Positions 12,570-24,529 of a stretch of DNA of 64,000 bases are shown here, piece after piece. Source of the stretch: Octopus vulgaris (lineage: Eukaryota); the NCBI GenBank assembly GCA_951406725.2, contig OX597818.1, positions 127,906,001 to 127,970,000 on the forward strand. Direction: 5' to 3'. Both the position numbers and the translations under genes were made by a program. Within the stretch, counting starts at the first letter, position 1. Every line of letters starts with the position of its first letter. Under the pieces are notes generated by a model. That model was not told the DNA's origin and made no database searches. It saw only the letters and a program-made list of their open reading frames with translations.

Positions 12570-12728
12570 GTTAGTATGAACCTCTCTCTCTCTCTTTCTT
12601 CCCCAGCCAAAATAATTGTAAAAGTCATGACTGAGGTTAATTGTTGGACCATATAAGTCATCAGCTAAAATCTTGGTGTAGCAATTTTATTATACACCCT
12701 CAACAAGTGAAATAGTCTATTTAATCCA

Positions 12729-13138
12729 ATGCAGGAGCAGCTGTGTGGTAAGTAGCTTGCTTACCAACCACATGGTTCCGGGTTCAGTCCCACTGCATGG
12801 CATCTTGGACAAGTGTCTTCTGCTATAGCCTCGGGCCGACCAAAGCCTTGTGAGTGGATTTGGTAGACGGAAACTGAAAGAAGCCTGTCGTATATATGTA
12901 TATATATATGTATGTGTGTGTATATGTTTGTGTGTCTGTGTTTGTCCCCCTAGCATTGCTTGACAACCGATACTGGTGTGTTTAAGTCCCCATCACTTAG
13001 CGGTTCGGCAAAAGAGACCGATAGAATAAGTACTGGGCTTACAAAGAATAAGTCCCGGGGTCGATTTGCTTGACTAAAGGTGGTGCTCCAGCCTGGCCGC
13101 AGTCAACTGACTGAAACAAGTAAAAGAGTAAAGAGTAA
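12729..13138 (+). mobile_element. tRNA-derived SINE family B (about 410 bp, internal TA/TG microsatellite, gtaaaaga tail)
   Basis: Near-identical copies at 29904-30320(-), 40484-40872(-), 42491-42878(-), 44022-45005(+, interrupted), 47296-47688(-), 52425-52765(-) and a head at 63978(+). Confidence 0.87.
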
Positions 13139-13436
13139 TATCTAGTTGAACTAAAAAAAATAAAATAAATTCTAACTGATTAGTTAGTAAAAATGGAATC
13201 CACATGTAAAAACAATTTCTGAAACAAAAACCATTTCCTTCACATATTAGCATGAAAAATTTCATCTGAACCATCATCATTTTATGTCCATTTTCCTTTT
13301 CCACATAAGATCCCTTTGCCATCTACTTAGTGAGGCTTGGATTGTTGAGAACAACCCTTACCACTTTTTGCCATATCTTCTACAAGTGTCTTTCTCTTGA
13401 ATCACTTGCCACTTCTTTACTCACCTCTTATCTTCA

Positions 13437-15262
13437 GTTATGAATACAAAATCGCGGCAAATGCCAGTAGCAATCCAAAAACCTTCTTTGCCCATGTCCA
13501 GCGGAATTCCCGCTTGAACAACCAGATTGCAACGTTGGTAGACTCAACAGGCGTATCGATTGAGGACCCTTATCAACAGAGTCAATTATTTGCCGAGGCT
13601 TTTTCAACTATTTTCAAACAAGATGATGGTCGTGAACCCCCTTCATTTGATAGATCGGTACCTCCAATGCTTCGATTGATCATCACGCGGGACGAAGTCA
13701 AACGTGTTATTCAAGGCCTCGATGTCAACAAGGGTCACGGCCCTGACGGCATACACCCACGGGTTATCAAAGCGTTGGCTCCGGTCATCTGCGAGCCCTT
13801 AACACGACTATTCAATATGTCATTGGCGACGGGTGTTATACCTGCAGACTGGAGAACAGCGATAATCTGCCCAATTTTCAAGAAAGGGAGCCGCGAAGAC
13901 CCGCTTAACTACCGACCGGTTTCCTTACATCAATAATCAGCAAGATGTTCGAAACCATCCTTAAGAAAAGTATGATGCTCCACCTCCTAAACACAGCCTC
14001 GATCACTGATTCCCAACACGGCTTCGTGCCGAAGAGATCATGCTTGACCAACTTACTAGTAATGGAAGAATTGGTGACGCGCATCCTCGATGATAGTGAT
14101 GCTGTTGACATCGTTTTATTGGACTTTGCCAAAGCTTTTGACTCGGTAAACCACCGCCTACTACTTGTCAAGCTTCAAGCATATAGTTTCCATCCGGATA
14201 TTGTACGATGGGTTGGTGCCTTCCTCTCAGATCGCTCCTTTCAAGTTCAAGTTAATGGTTCGTGGTCCGACATCTCCAGTGCGAGCAGTGGCGTGCCTCA
14301 AGGTTCAGTGCTTGGGCCCTTGTTGTTCTTAGTCTTCATAAATGACTTGCCCGACGACCTCACGCAACACACCCTTCTATTTGCCAACGATATCAAACTG
14401 GTCGCTCCTCGCGGTAGTATAGAGGATCTTCGTCGATGCCTCCACCAAATTTGGAAGTGGTCTAACGATTGGGACCTGTGTCTGAATGTGTCAAAGTGCT
14501 GTCATCTGCCTGTCGGCTCTACTCCTGCAACTCAACTTGATTTCGAGCCGGGTCATCTGCTGCTGGAGAGGACCGATCAGGTAAAGGACCTGGGTATCTT
14601 GGTGGATTCCTCCTTTTCGCCTTCGGCCCAGTGCGTCCATGCTGCCAACAAAGCACGCGGAATTCTGTTTTTGATTTGACGGTCATTCGGAATGCTCACA
14701 GCAGCCATATTCCTGCCACTCTATGTCACGCTGGTGAGACCCATATTGGAGTATGGGATTCAAGCCTCTTCTCCTTATCTCCTCAAAGACGTACAGCATC
14801 TCGAAAGAGTCCAGAGGCTGGCTACCCGCATGGTTCATGGTCTCAAAACTTTGTCCTACGAAGAAAGGCTGAGGACGCTCGACCTTTATTCTCTTGAAAA
14901 ACGCCGCCGCAGTGGTGATCTCATTCTCGCCCACAACATCATAAGCAGGAAGTGTAACCTCTCGAAAGAGCTGTTCTTCACTCCTGCTCCGGAGCGTCGG
15001 CTGCGGGGTCATTCCGAAAAGCTCTACCTGCGACGATTTCATCTCAATCGAAGGAGAGGAGCTTTCTCCGTCCGGGTTGCGGATCTGTGGAACAAGCTGC
15101 CAGACGAGATGGTGAAGATGCCGACGACCGCTTTGTTCAAAGCCTCCCTGGACCTCAAGTGGCCTGAACTCTTTACATGAACACCACCCTGTACTTAACT
15201 CCATGCCCCCCTACATGGCCTTGCTATTTGCTTTTGAGCCAAATTAACTAACTAACTAACTA
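13437..15262 (+). mobile_element. 5'-truncated CR1-like LINE, disrupted RT ORF, (CTAA)n tail
   Basis: Three consecutive ORFs carry GPDGIHP, NYRPVSL, QHGF..KRSCLTNL, LDFAKAFDSV, GVPQGSVLGP, FAND (mutated YADD), LVRPILEY and LRGH. Frameshift near 13925 and stop at 14677. Confidence 0.92.
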
Positions 15263-16361
15263 ATGTACATATCTTTTTTTTTGGCCCACCCTCATCACAT
15301 GTCTTCCCTTTTACATGCTACTTCTGATACATCTTACACCTAGTTGTTCTCTCAACTCATTCGTGTTCCATCATTCATTTACACAAACATCATGCAGCCA
15401 GCAAGTACACCTCCCTTTCTTTCCAACCTCTTTATGATAGCTCAGTCTGCTAGAAATAACAACCAAATCACCCTCTTATTACATCGTACTGTTTTAAAAA
15501 AGACACAATGAAGTCTGTATGATATGGTCATAATTATATATTTCTTTATTGCCCACAAGGGGTTAAACATAGAGGGGACAAACAAGGACAGACAAACGGA
15601 TTAAGTCGATTACATCGACCCCTGCGTAACTGGTACTTAATTTATCGACCCCGAAAGGATGAAAGGCAAAGTCGACCTCGGCGGAATTTGAACTCACGAC
15701 GTAACGACAGACGAAATACGGCTACGCATTTCCCCCCGGCCTGCTAACGTTTCTGCCAGCTTGCCAGAACGATCACATGCCTACTGCATGATTACGACTA
15801 TCAAAAATGATGCAAATATAGCCATAGCAAGAATGAATTTATACTGTGTTCCACTAAATATTTCAGTAACTGAATATTTCGTGGTAAATTTCGTTCACAT
15901 ATCAACAAGTTCTACTTTTCATCCTCAATATATTAATATTATTGGATTTATCAAAATTAATATTTCATGAGGGGGAGTAAGTACTGAACTGCCTTGGTAT
16001 ACTACAGAATGAGTTACGTCCCGTTATTTGTAAGACTTGTACGCGCGTACACACCTTCCTGCCATGCCGAATGTTTTTCAGTAAATTTATTAGGATCATT
16101 TGAAGAATGCATTGCTATATAAATAGGTTTCTTGTTAATTAAGCACAAGACAAGTGTCTTATTCTTATCAACCAAGTAACATCATCTTTGTTCTTGCAAT
16201 GGTTTTTACAGATCTTGTGATGGATTCTTTGAGAATACAACAGTATTAGTCCTGAAATAAATATACCCTCTACTTGATACATTGAGCACCTTTCTCTCTG
16301 TCTTTTAACAATCTTCTACTTCAATTGTGTGTGTGTATATATACACTTAGTAGTAAAGCTT

Positions 16362-16602
16362 TAATTTTGGCCTTCCTTCTAACAAACTGCCGGCATCAGT
16401 TGTTAGTTGTCGGAGCACTGCATCCTTCAAAACTTCCATGCTTTCTGAGATTCGCCAACACTACACCTGATTTTCTCCCCTCCATACACACACAGGCATG
16501 TATCTGACTCATACATTGTTCGCTTTCCAGACATTTTTACATTACTGCATATAGTTGTGGTGCACCTGAGCACTATATACAATAATTTCATTATTATTAT
16601 TT
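16362..16602 (+). mobile_element. 3' fragment of a probable CR1/L2-like LINE with (ATT)n tail
   Basis: Same sequence in reverse complement at about 49337-49650. Superfamily is inferred. Confidence 0.6.
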
Positions 16603-16896
16603 TTATAATTTAATACCTTTTGAAAATTTTATACTACTTCTTATGAAATTGATCTGAGTTAGTTGGTACTACTAACTAACTAGCTGAAACCTTTTCTGAA
16701 TAATAAAAATGAAGGCCAACTTTGGTTGGCCCTTTAGATCTTTGCCACTCAGAAAATGTTCAGCTAGTTAGTAGTACTTACCTAGGACTAGGTGGACTCA
16801 CCATTAACAATTAAGTGGTATCTTTACTACAGACTCAATACACTTCTAGTAACAGGGGTCCATTTGAGCATATGTATTTATAAATGATATAAGCAG

Positions 16897-17790
16897 ATGT
16901 GAATGTGTGGTTAGAAGTTTACTGCCCAACTACATGGTTTTGGGTTCAGTCCCATTGCATAGCACCTTAGGGCATGCATCTTCTACTATAACCCTAAGCC
17001 GACCAAAGTCTTTTGTGAGTGGATTTAGTAGGCAGAAACTGAAAGAGGCCCATCAGCGAACTGGCAGAAACGTTAGCACACCGGGCATAATGTTTAGCAG
17101 TGTTTCGTCTGCTGTTACATTCTGGGTTCAAATTCCGCCGAAGTCGACTTTACCTTTCATCCTTTCAGGGTCAATAAATTAAGTGCCAGTTATGCACTTG
17201 TGTCAATGTAATTGACTTAATCTCTTTGTCTGTCCTTGTTTGTCCCCTCTATGTTTAGCCCCTTCATCATCATCATTTAGCGTCCGCTTTCCATGCTAGC
17301 ATGGGTTGGACAGTTCAACTGGGGTCTGTGAAGCCAGAAGGCTGCATCAGGCCCAGTCTGATCTGGCAGTGTTTCTATGGCTGGATGCCCTTCCTAACAC
17401 CAACCACTCCGTGAGTGTAGTGGGTGCTTTTTACGTGCCACCGGCACGGGGCCAGGCGAGGCTGGCAACGGCCACGAACGGATGGTGCTTTTTACGTGCC
17501 ACCAGCACGTGGGCAATAAAGAAATAAGAAACTGAAAAAGCCTACTGTGTGTATGTTACTGTCTCCTTCCCTTGACATTGCGTGATAGTTGTAAATAATT
17601 GCCATCATGATGCAAGTAGCATCCTTCATTTCCATTCTTCAGTGAAAACATGTCTCTGATCATGGGGAAATATTACTTTACTTGGAAACAGGTGAGGGTT
17701 GGTGACTAAAAGGGCATCTGGCCATAGAAAATCCACTTTGACAAATTCACTCTAGCCAACCCTTGTGAGCATGGGAAAAAATGGACATTA
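16897..17790. mobile_element. Nested insertion: SINE B-like host > SINE A (17056-17527) > RTE LINE 3' tail (17265-17508, -)
   Basis: SINE A breaks at tttagcccctt and resumes at gtgggcaataaag. agaaactgaaa is duplicated on both sides of SINE A. Confidence 0.8.
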
Positions 17791-17834
17791 AAAAATCAAT
17801 GAAATGAAAATTCTCATTGTTTTTATTTCCTCAG

Positions 17835-17983
17835 CAAATCAATGAAACGAGGCTACACAGAACTGTTCAACCTCAATCAAGAATTGCTGCGTGACTACAA
17901 GATCCGTTGTGACAACCACACAGAACTTGTAGCAAGCCTGAAGCAAGTGAACATGATCATCCAAAAGGCTTCCAAACTGAGAG
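17835..17983 (+). CDS. BBS2: BBS2 penultimate coding exon
   Basis: cctcag|...|gtaaaa. Encodes (Y)KSMKRGYTELFNLNQELLRDYKIRCDNHTELVASLKQVNMIIQKASKLR, matching YKIRCNNHTELL. Confidence 0.96.
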
Positions 17984-18251
17984 GTAAAAATGTCCTCTGT
18001 CGTTGTTGCTATGGTTGTTGTTGTTGTTGTTTAGGTTTTATTTATTTTATCATTGTTTTCTTTTATTTGTAGATTTTTTTAAAGCATATAAAATCCTTAA
18101 AAATCCTTAAAATCCTTAAAAATGTTTTAGCATCATTATATAGACTGTGAGGTTAAATTGTTGTAAGGTTATAATACTGGGGACATTAACCACATTGTCA
18201 TAAGTTCAAGCTTTACAACCACAGCTGCAACTACAGTTGTTGATGATGATG

Positions 18252-19099
18252 CTCCTCTTCTTCTTCTTCCCCCCTTTCTTCCTTCTCTTCCTCCTTTTTG
18301 TGTTCTCCTCTTCTGCCTTCTCTTCCTCTTCTCCCTCTTCCACCTCCTCCACTTCCACCTCCCCTTTACCGCTCCCTCTTCTCCCTCCTCCCCTTCCACC
18401 TCCACTTCTACCCTCTCTTCCACTTCCTTTGCTTCTGCCTCCTCTTGCACCTCCCTTCCACTGCCTCCTGCTTTCTCCTCTTTCACCTCCTCTTCAACCT
18501 CTCCCTCTTCTGCCTTCTCTTCCTCTTCTCCCTTTTCCACCTCCTCCACTTCCACTTCCCCTTTACCGCTCCCTCCTCCCTCCACCACTTCCACCTCCAC
18601 TTCTACCTTCTCTTCCACTTCCTTTGCTTCTGCCTCCTCTTGCACCTCCCTTCCACCTCCTCCTGCTTTCTCCTCTTTCACCTCCTCTTCAACCTCTCCC
18701 TCTTCTGCCTTCTCCTCTTCTACCTCCTTCTCTTCTGCCTCCTCTTCCACCTCCTGTTTCTTTTTCCATCTTCTTTTCTACCTCCTTCTCCTCTACCACC
18801 TCCTCCCCTTCCACATCCTGCCTTCTCTTCCATCTAGTCTTCTACATTCTCCTCTTCTTTTCCACCTTCCTCCTCTTCTGCGTTCTCCTCTTCCATTTTC
18901 TCCTCCTCCACCTCTGCCTTCTCTTCTTTTGCCTTCTCTTCTGCCTCCTCTTCTGCCTTCTCTTTCACCTCCTCTTCTACCTTCTCCTCTTCCTCCTTCT
19001 CTTTCACCTCCCCTTCTGCTTCATTTTCCTCTTTTGTCTTTTCCTCGTCCTCCTCCTCTTGTTCTGCCTCTTCTACCTCCTCTTCTCTCTTCCTCCTCC
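18252..19099. repeat. About 850-bp polypyrimidine/polypurine tract with an internal 195-bp-period duplication
   Basis: Almost all C/T. cctttgcttctgcctcctcttgcacc occurs at 18426 and 18621. Confidence 0.9.
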
Positions 19100-19506
19100 T
19101 ACTACTACTGTAGCCGTCACTGCTGCTGCTACAACTACTACTACTGCAACTGCTGCTGCTACTACTACTACTACCACTACTACTGATGATGTTGCAGCCT
19201 TTCATCTTTTCAGGGTTAACGAAATATGCACTAGTTGAGCACTGGGTCAATGTAATTAACCCCACAAATATCAAGCCTTGCACCTATACTAGAAATTATT
19301 ATTATTTTTGCTCTTATTATCATTAAGGTAGTAAACATGAGCTAGCAGAAAATACTCTCATGATAGAAAAATACTTAGCAATATTTCATCTTTTTGTGGT
19401 TGATAAAATAAGCACCAGTTGACCCCCCAGTTTTGATGTAAATCAACTCAACCCCTCCACCAAAATTTCAGGCCTTGTGCCTATAATAGAAAATATTATT
19501 ATTATT

Positions 19507-20079
19507 ATTGAGTGAGAGAGAGGTGCATACCATCAAAGTGACACTGGGGTAAAATATACGAAGCCCAATATACCCATCATGACTACCCGTCTGATAAGGG
19601 TACACCAGGTACATGCATCACAACCATGTGTGCGCGACATGGTTATCTTATATCAAGATAAACAGCACATGACCTTGCAGGTGGGGCTGAGTTAGAATTT
19701 TCTTCTGGTCGAGTAACCCATTCCACTCAAAAGGTCCCTGAATAAGGGTTGTTTAAGGATGTTGAACGAAACACCCATGTTTCCAAAGGTGAATTATCCA
19801 AACTTCCAAGAATTTCTTTCAACACACTGCTCTGATGCTCCTCCACTACTTCTGCTCATGATCAGAGATGCACATATCGTCAGCCTCTAAGGGACATGCT
19901 CAACTGGTTAAGGTCAAACAACTGACAAGCAAATCTGTGGTATTGAACAGAATATTTATTGTAGCCCATCTTTTATACCAAGACAAAACACAGTATATGA
20001 TAACACTTCCAATCAGTTAAGATGAGAAGCCATGAGAACCACTGCCTGGTACTGCATCAGGGCATATTGAGTGAGAGAA

Positions 20080-20080
<1 letters not shown>
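19507..20080 (-). mobile_element. About 570-bp repeat in an (ATT)n tract, probably the 3' UTR of a (TAA)n-targeting LINE
   Basis: (ATT)n on both flanks and attgagtgagaga at both ends. Class is inferred. Confidence 0.5.
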
Positions 20081-20110
<30 letters not shown>

Positions 20111-20196
20111 TGCCTTATTACTAATTCTGCTTTGATAACTTTTGTAATTTCTATTAATGCCTATTTGTTTATTAATGAAAAATGCTTTCTCTTCAG

Positions 20197-20300
20197 CTGG
20201 AAAATATAAAACACAAGTAGTTACAGCTTGCAGAACTGCCATCAAGAATAACAATATAGGAGCACTTATGAAGATTATTACTACAGGAGCATCTTCCTAA
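20197..20300 (+). CDS. BBS2: BBS2 terminal coding exon (stop TAA 20298-20300)
   Basis: cttcag|ct gga aaa... Encodes (A)GKYKTQVVTACRTAIKNNNIGALMKIITTGASS*, matching [34 protein letters not shown]. Confidence 0.96.
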
Positions 20301-20443
20301 CTGAAGAAGGTCACTGCTTTTGAAAAATTTTGAAATTCCATCCAAAGGAAAATTTCCGAGATTTTTTTTTTCTTTCGTTGTTAGATTAAAAAAGAAAATT
20401 ATAATAATGGTAAGAGTAATTATTATTATTATTTAAAATCCTT

Positions 20444-21610
20444 AAGGTGGCAAGCTGGCGGAATTGTTAACGCACCAGACAAACCCAAAATGTTGAGCAG
20501 TATTTCTTTTGGCTGTACATTTTGAGTGGAAATTCCACTGAGGTCTAGTTTGCCTTTCATCCTTTTGGGATTGATGAAATAAGCACCAGTTTAGCACCAG
20601 GGTTGATGTAATTGACTAACACCCTCCCACATAATTTCAGGCTTCATGCCTATAACAGAAAGAATTATTATTTCAAATCCTGTCATGGTTAACTTTGCCT
20701 TTCATCTTTCCAGGGTCAGTGTAATTTACTATTCTCCTTGCCATAAATGTCTGACCTTACTATTACTACTACTACTCAATATTATTATGGCGTGCAATGG
20801 ATTGGTAGAAACATTAGAATGTCAGCAAAAAATGCCTAACAGTTCCAACACTTTAAATTCTGTGTTCAAATTTTGCCACAATCAATTTTGCTTTCCATCC
20901 ATTCAGAGTCACTAAAATAAAGTACCAGTCTAGTACAAATATAGATGGTATCAACTAACCCATCCCCTCAAAATTGCTGGCATTGTACCTAATTTAGAAA
21001 CCATTATTATTGTATTTGAGGGCAACAACTTGGCAGAATCATTAGACCATCCAGCTCTTTAAATTCTTGTGGTCAACTTAGCTCTTCATTCTTCTGGTGT
21101 TGGTAAAATAAAGTACTGGTCTGCAAAATTGCTCTCCATGTGCCTAAATTAGCCATTATAAGGGCAGTGGATTTGCAGAATCATTAGAGGATCAACGAAA
21201 ATATTTCCATGTTTGTTCTCACTCTTTACTCTCTGAGTTCAAATCGCACTGAGGTCACCTTTCCATTGCTCCTTTCAGAGTTGTTAAAATAGAAAGTTAT
21301 TTTACCAAGTAATGGGATCAGTGATATTAACTAACCACTTCCCTTCAGACTTGCTCACCTTGAATAGAAATCAAAATAGAAACCACTATCATTTCTAATA
21401 TAGATAGAAAAATAAGGTGGCAAGTTGACAGAATCATTAGCACACCAGACAAAATGCTAAGAAGCATTTCATTTGTCTTTACGTTCTGAGTTCAAATTCC
21501 AGTGTAGTCGACTTTGCCTTGCATCCTTCTGGGGTCGATAAAATAAGCACCAGTTAAGCTCAGGGGTCGATTTAATCGACTAGTTCCCCTCTCCAAGAAA
21601 TTTCAGGTAG
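20444..21610 (+). repeat. Cluster of diverged SINE A copies, all on +, in or near the BBS2 3' UTR
   Basis: About six head-to-tail copies separated by attatt tails. Confidence 0.75.
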
Positions 21611-22351
21611 GCTTGTGGAGATTGCCATAGAGTTGCTTATTCCTCCCATTCATTTAGCTTTTGGTGGTGAGGGCCATCTGGAACATCTATGTGTAGAAAC
21701 CATTGAATAGCTTACCATGGAGCTAGTGAAGGTAGAAAGATTTCTCACCTGTAAATGCAAAGTGTCTTGATTACTACTCTTAAAATTTTCTTTTTGATTT
21801 GTCTGGAGAAGTTACAGATTCAGAATAATCTTTGTACCATTAAAGCATTTTCCAAACAATGTTTTTTTATTTTGTCTCTCCACTTACAATAACTTAAAAA
21901 TAATAAGTTTAAAAAAAAAACTTAATAAATAATGAAAGCTAATTAATTGAATTGAGAGAAAGAGAGAGAGAGAGGTGTTGTAAAAGATAGAGATAACAAG
22001 GAAACCAAAGAAAAATAATTTTAAAAAACAGTGCCTTTGTAATATCATTTATCACCCAATCAGCCCTAATACAGCAGAACAAATGTGTTCCAGCTAGGCT
22101 ACACATTTTTTTTATCAATTTAGCATGGTATATCTAAGAATACATTATCCAATGTATCCTTTTTTTTTTCTTAAGAAGGCAGGACCTGTATTTAAGGAAA
22201 TTTGGCTGTTATTTCTAGAAAACTGAGAAACCACATAGAGGCTCTCTCATTTACCTTTGTGTTTTTTATGTCAAGAAGTACTTTGTAGTTGTTTTACTGT
22301 AAAATTCTGTATTTTCATAGAGTGTTTCTTTATAGATGAACTTTTTGTAGA

Positions 22352-22440
22352 AAATAAACAGATGTAATCAACATGAATGAAAGATTTATTTTTAATAAAC
22401 ATTTATGAATTTTATTGTCTTTTGTTTAAATAAATGAACA
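22352..22440 (+). terminator. Candidate BBS2 polyadenylation region
   Basis: Three AATAAA hexamers (near 22353, 22394, 22429) with U/GU-rich sequence nearby. Weak evidence in AT-rich DNA. Confidence 0.3.
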
Positions 22441-22525
22441 TCTCTTGGTTGGCTCTCTGCATGAGTATGAACTTAAAGATAACCAACTCTCTTTCTTTTC
22501 TGTCATTCAACCTATGTATTTTATA

Positions 22526-22897
22526 TCTTTATATATAAAAGTGAAGTCGTGTGTCTGTCTCCTACGATTTAGATTCCTAACTACTCCCACATTTTGCGGT
22601 GCAGTGTAACCAAAAGCGGGTATCTTATAGTCGTGATTCATATCGAGCCCTTCTGGGTATTAGCGCGCGTCTACGATGGGTCTACGATTTAAAAAAAAAA
22701 TTACCATAATTTTTCCGCATTTTCGCTCGGTTTATATAAGGGAAGTAACTCTCTAAAAATGTATTATTAAATCTCAGAACGTAACAACCCCCTTTGTGGT
22801 TAGCCATATTGAGATGGCTATTATACTTTACTTCTCTAAAAATGCTTATATAGTTATTTCCCTTACAAACCCGAGCAACACCGGGCGATACTGCTAG
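22526..22897 (+). mobile_element. Non-autonomous Helitron-like element
   Basis: 5' A|TC(tttatatataaaa), 3' hairpin cccgagcaacaccggg followed by CTAG|T. Confidence 0.75.
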
Positions 22898-23371
22898 TTC
22901 TTTATATTTTCAAAGCTGAAAACACTTTAACAATTACTCAGACGCTAGAGCTTTGAGTGGGTAGAGAAATGTCGTCGTCATCGTCGTCATCATCATCATC
23001 ATCATCACCATCACCACCACCACCACAATCATCATCATTTAGCATCTCTTTTTTTCATGCTAGGATGGATTGGATGATTCAACATGAGCCAATGAGTCAG
23101 AAGACTGTGGTAAACTCCAGTTTCTGCTTTCGAATAGTTTCTACAGCTGGATGCTCCTCTTAACAGCAATCACTTTACAGAATCTACTGAGTGCTTTTTC
23201 ATGGTACCATCACTAATGAGACCATCAAGTACTTGCAAGACAAGAACCCTCAACTGAGTGGAGTGTAGTACTGATGAGTGGGAAAGGATAATAAAAGGAT
23301 AGAATCATATGTATTGCTGAAGAAGTAAAAATATTTTACTTTTTTCCATTAGAAAAAGTGACTCAGCTATT

Positions 23372-24170
23372 AGAGCAAGGTCATTAGCATAGAGGAGCTC
23401 ATGGAGGACTATGATGAATAAGAGGGGGCTGAGGACTGATCCTCAGTGGACCCCTGCCCCTACCTGGAATTCTTCACTATACTCATTGCCAAACCTCACC
23501 CTACTGACAGCATCCCTGTACATGGCTTGTACAGCTCTCACTAACCACTCATCTATCCCTAGTTTCCACATGGACCTCCAGATAAAAGACAGAAAGACCC
23601 TGTCAAAGGCTTTTCCCATATCAACGAAAGCCAGGTACAGAGGTTTATCTTTGACTAGGTATTTCTCCTGCAGCTGTCTTACCAGAAATATAGAATCAGT
23701 GGTGCTTCTCCCTGGCACAAACCCAAACTGCATCTTGTCTAAACTAACTCTCTCCATGACTTTCATCACCTGATCCAACAATTTGACACCTTTGTAATTA
23801 TTCATATCTAATGCATCACCTTTACCTTTGTAGCAGTTGACTATGGTGCTGCTACACCAGTCATTGGGTATAACTCCTTCCTGTATCACCTGATTGACTA
23901 AACAGGTGACTAGACTATAGCCTACACTGCCAGATATTTTAAGCATCTTTGCAGTGATTCTTGATGGGCTGAGGGCTTTCCCAGTCATCATACTCTTAAT
24001 TGCTTTAGCTACCAAGGTACTGTCAATTTGGATAGCTGGTCCCTCAGTTGGGTCGACATTTGGCAGACTTTCTTTTTCCCATGCATTCTCTTCATTTAGC
24101 ATCTCCAAGTCTCTCTCTTTGCAGCCTCATTAAATGCAGGTGAGCCATCATCCATGCAGACACATACTAT
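23372..24170 (-). mobile_element. Older fragment of the RTE LINE family seen at 1-1818
   Basis: ORF 23443-24108 has QFGFVPGRSTTD, LAFVDMGKAFDRV and KLGIDEWLVRAVQAMY. Confidence 0.88.
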
Positions 24171-24529
24171 ATTGGATGTATGTTGGGCAGTTTGTTATAG
24201 ATTGTTGTGTGTGTGTGACCTATTTTGTAGGTACATAAACAGAACAAATTTAGCTATTTCTCCACAGACTGGAAAAATTGATGAATAGCCTTAATCAATT
24301 TACAAACTATTATTTGGTTCTCATCAGAGGTGTCTACATCAGTTTAACCAATCCCAAAGAAACTCAACAACTCCAGCAACTTTAGGGAACTTGAGTTACT
24401 AATTTGCATACTGCAAGTGTTAACACTTTATATATAGTGTACAAACTAGTGGAGTTCTTTGCAACTTCACCTATAACCTAGGAGGTGGTAATAATTACAT
24501 TGACATGAAACAAAAAAATGTAATACTGA

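Noticed and set aside
18169-19283. Long Glu-rich and Leu/Pro-rich ORFs
   Set aside because: They result from a C/T low-complexity tract that lacks stops, lie inside a BBS2 intron, and show no domain.
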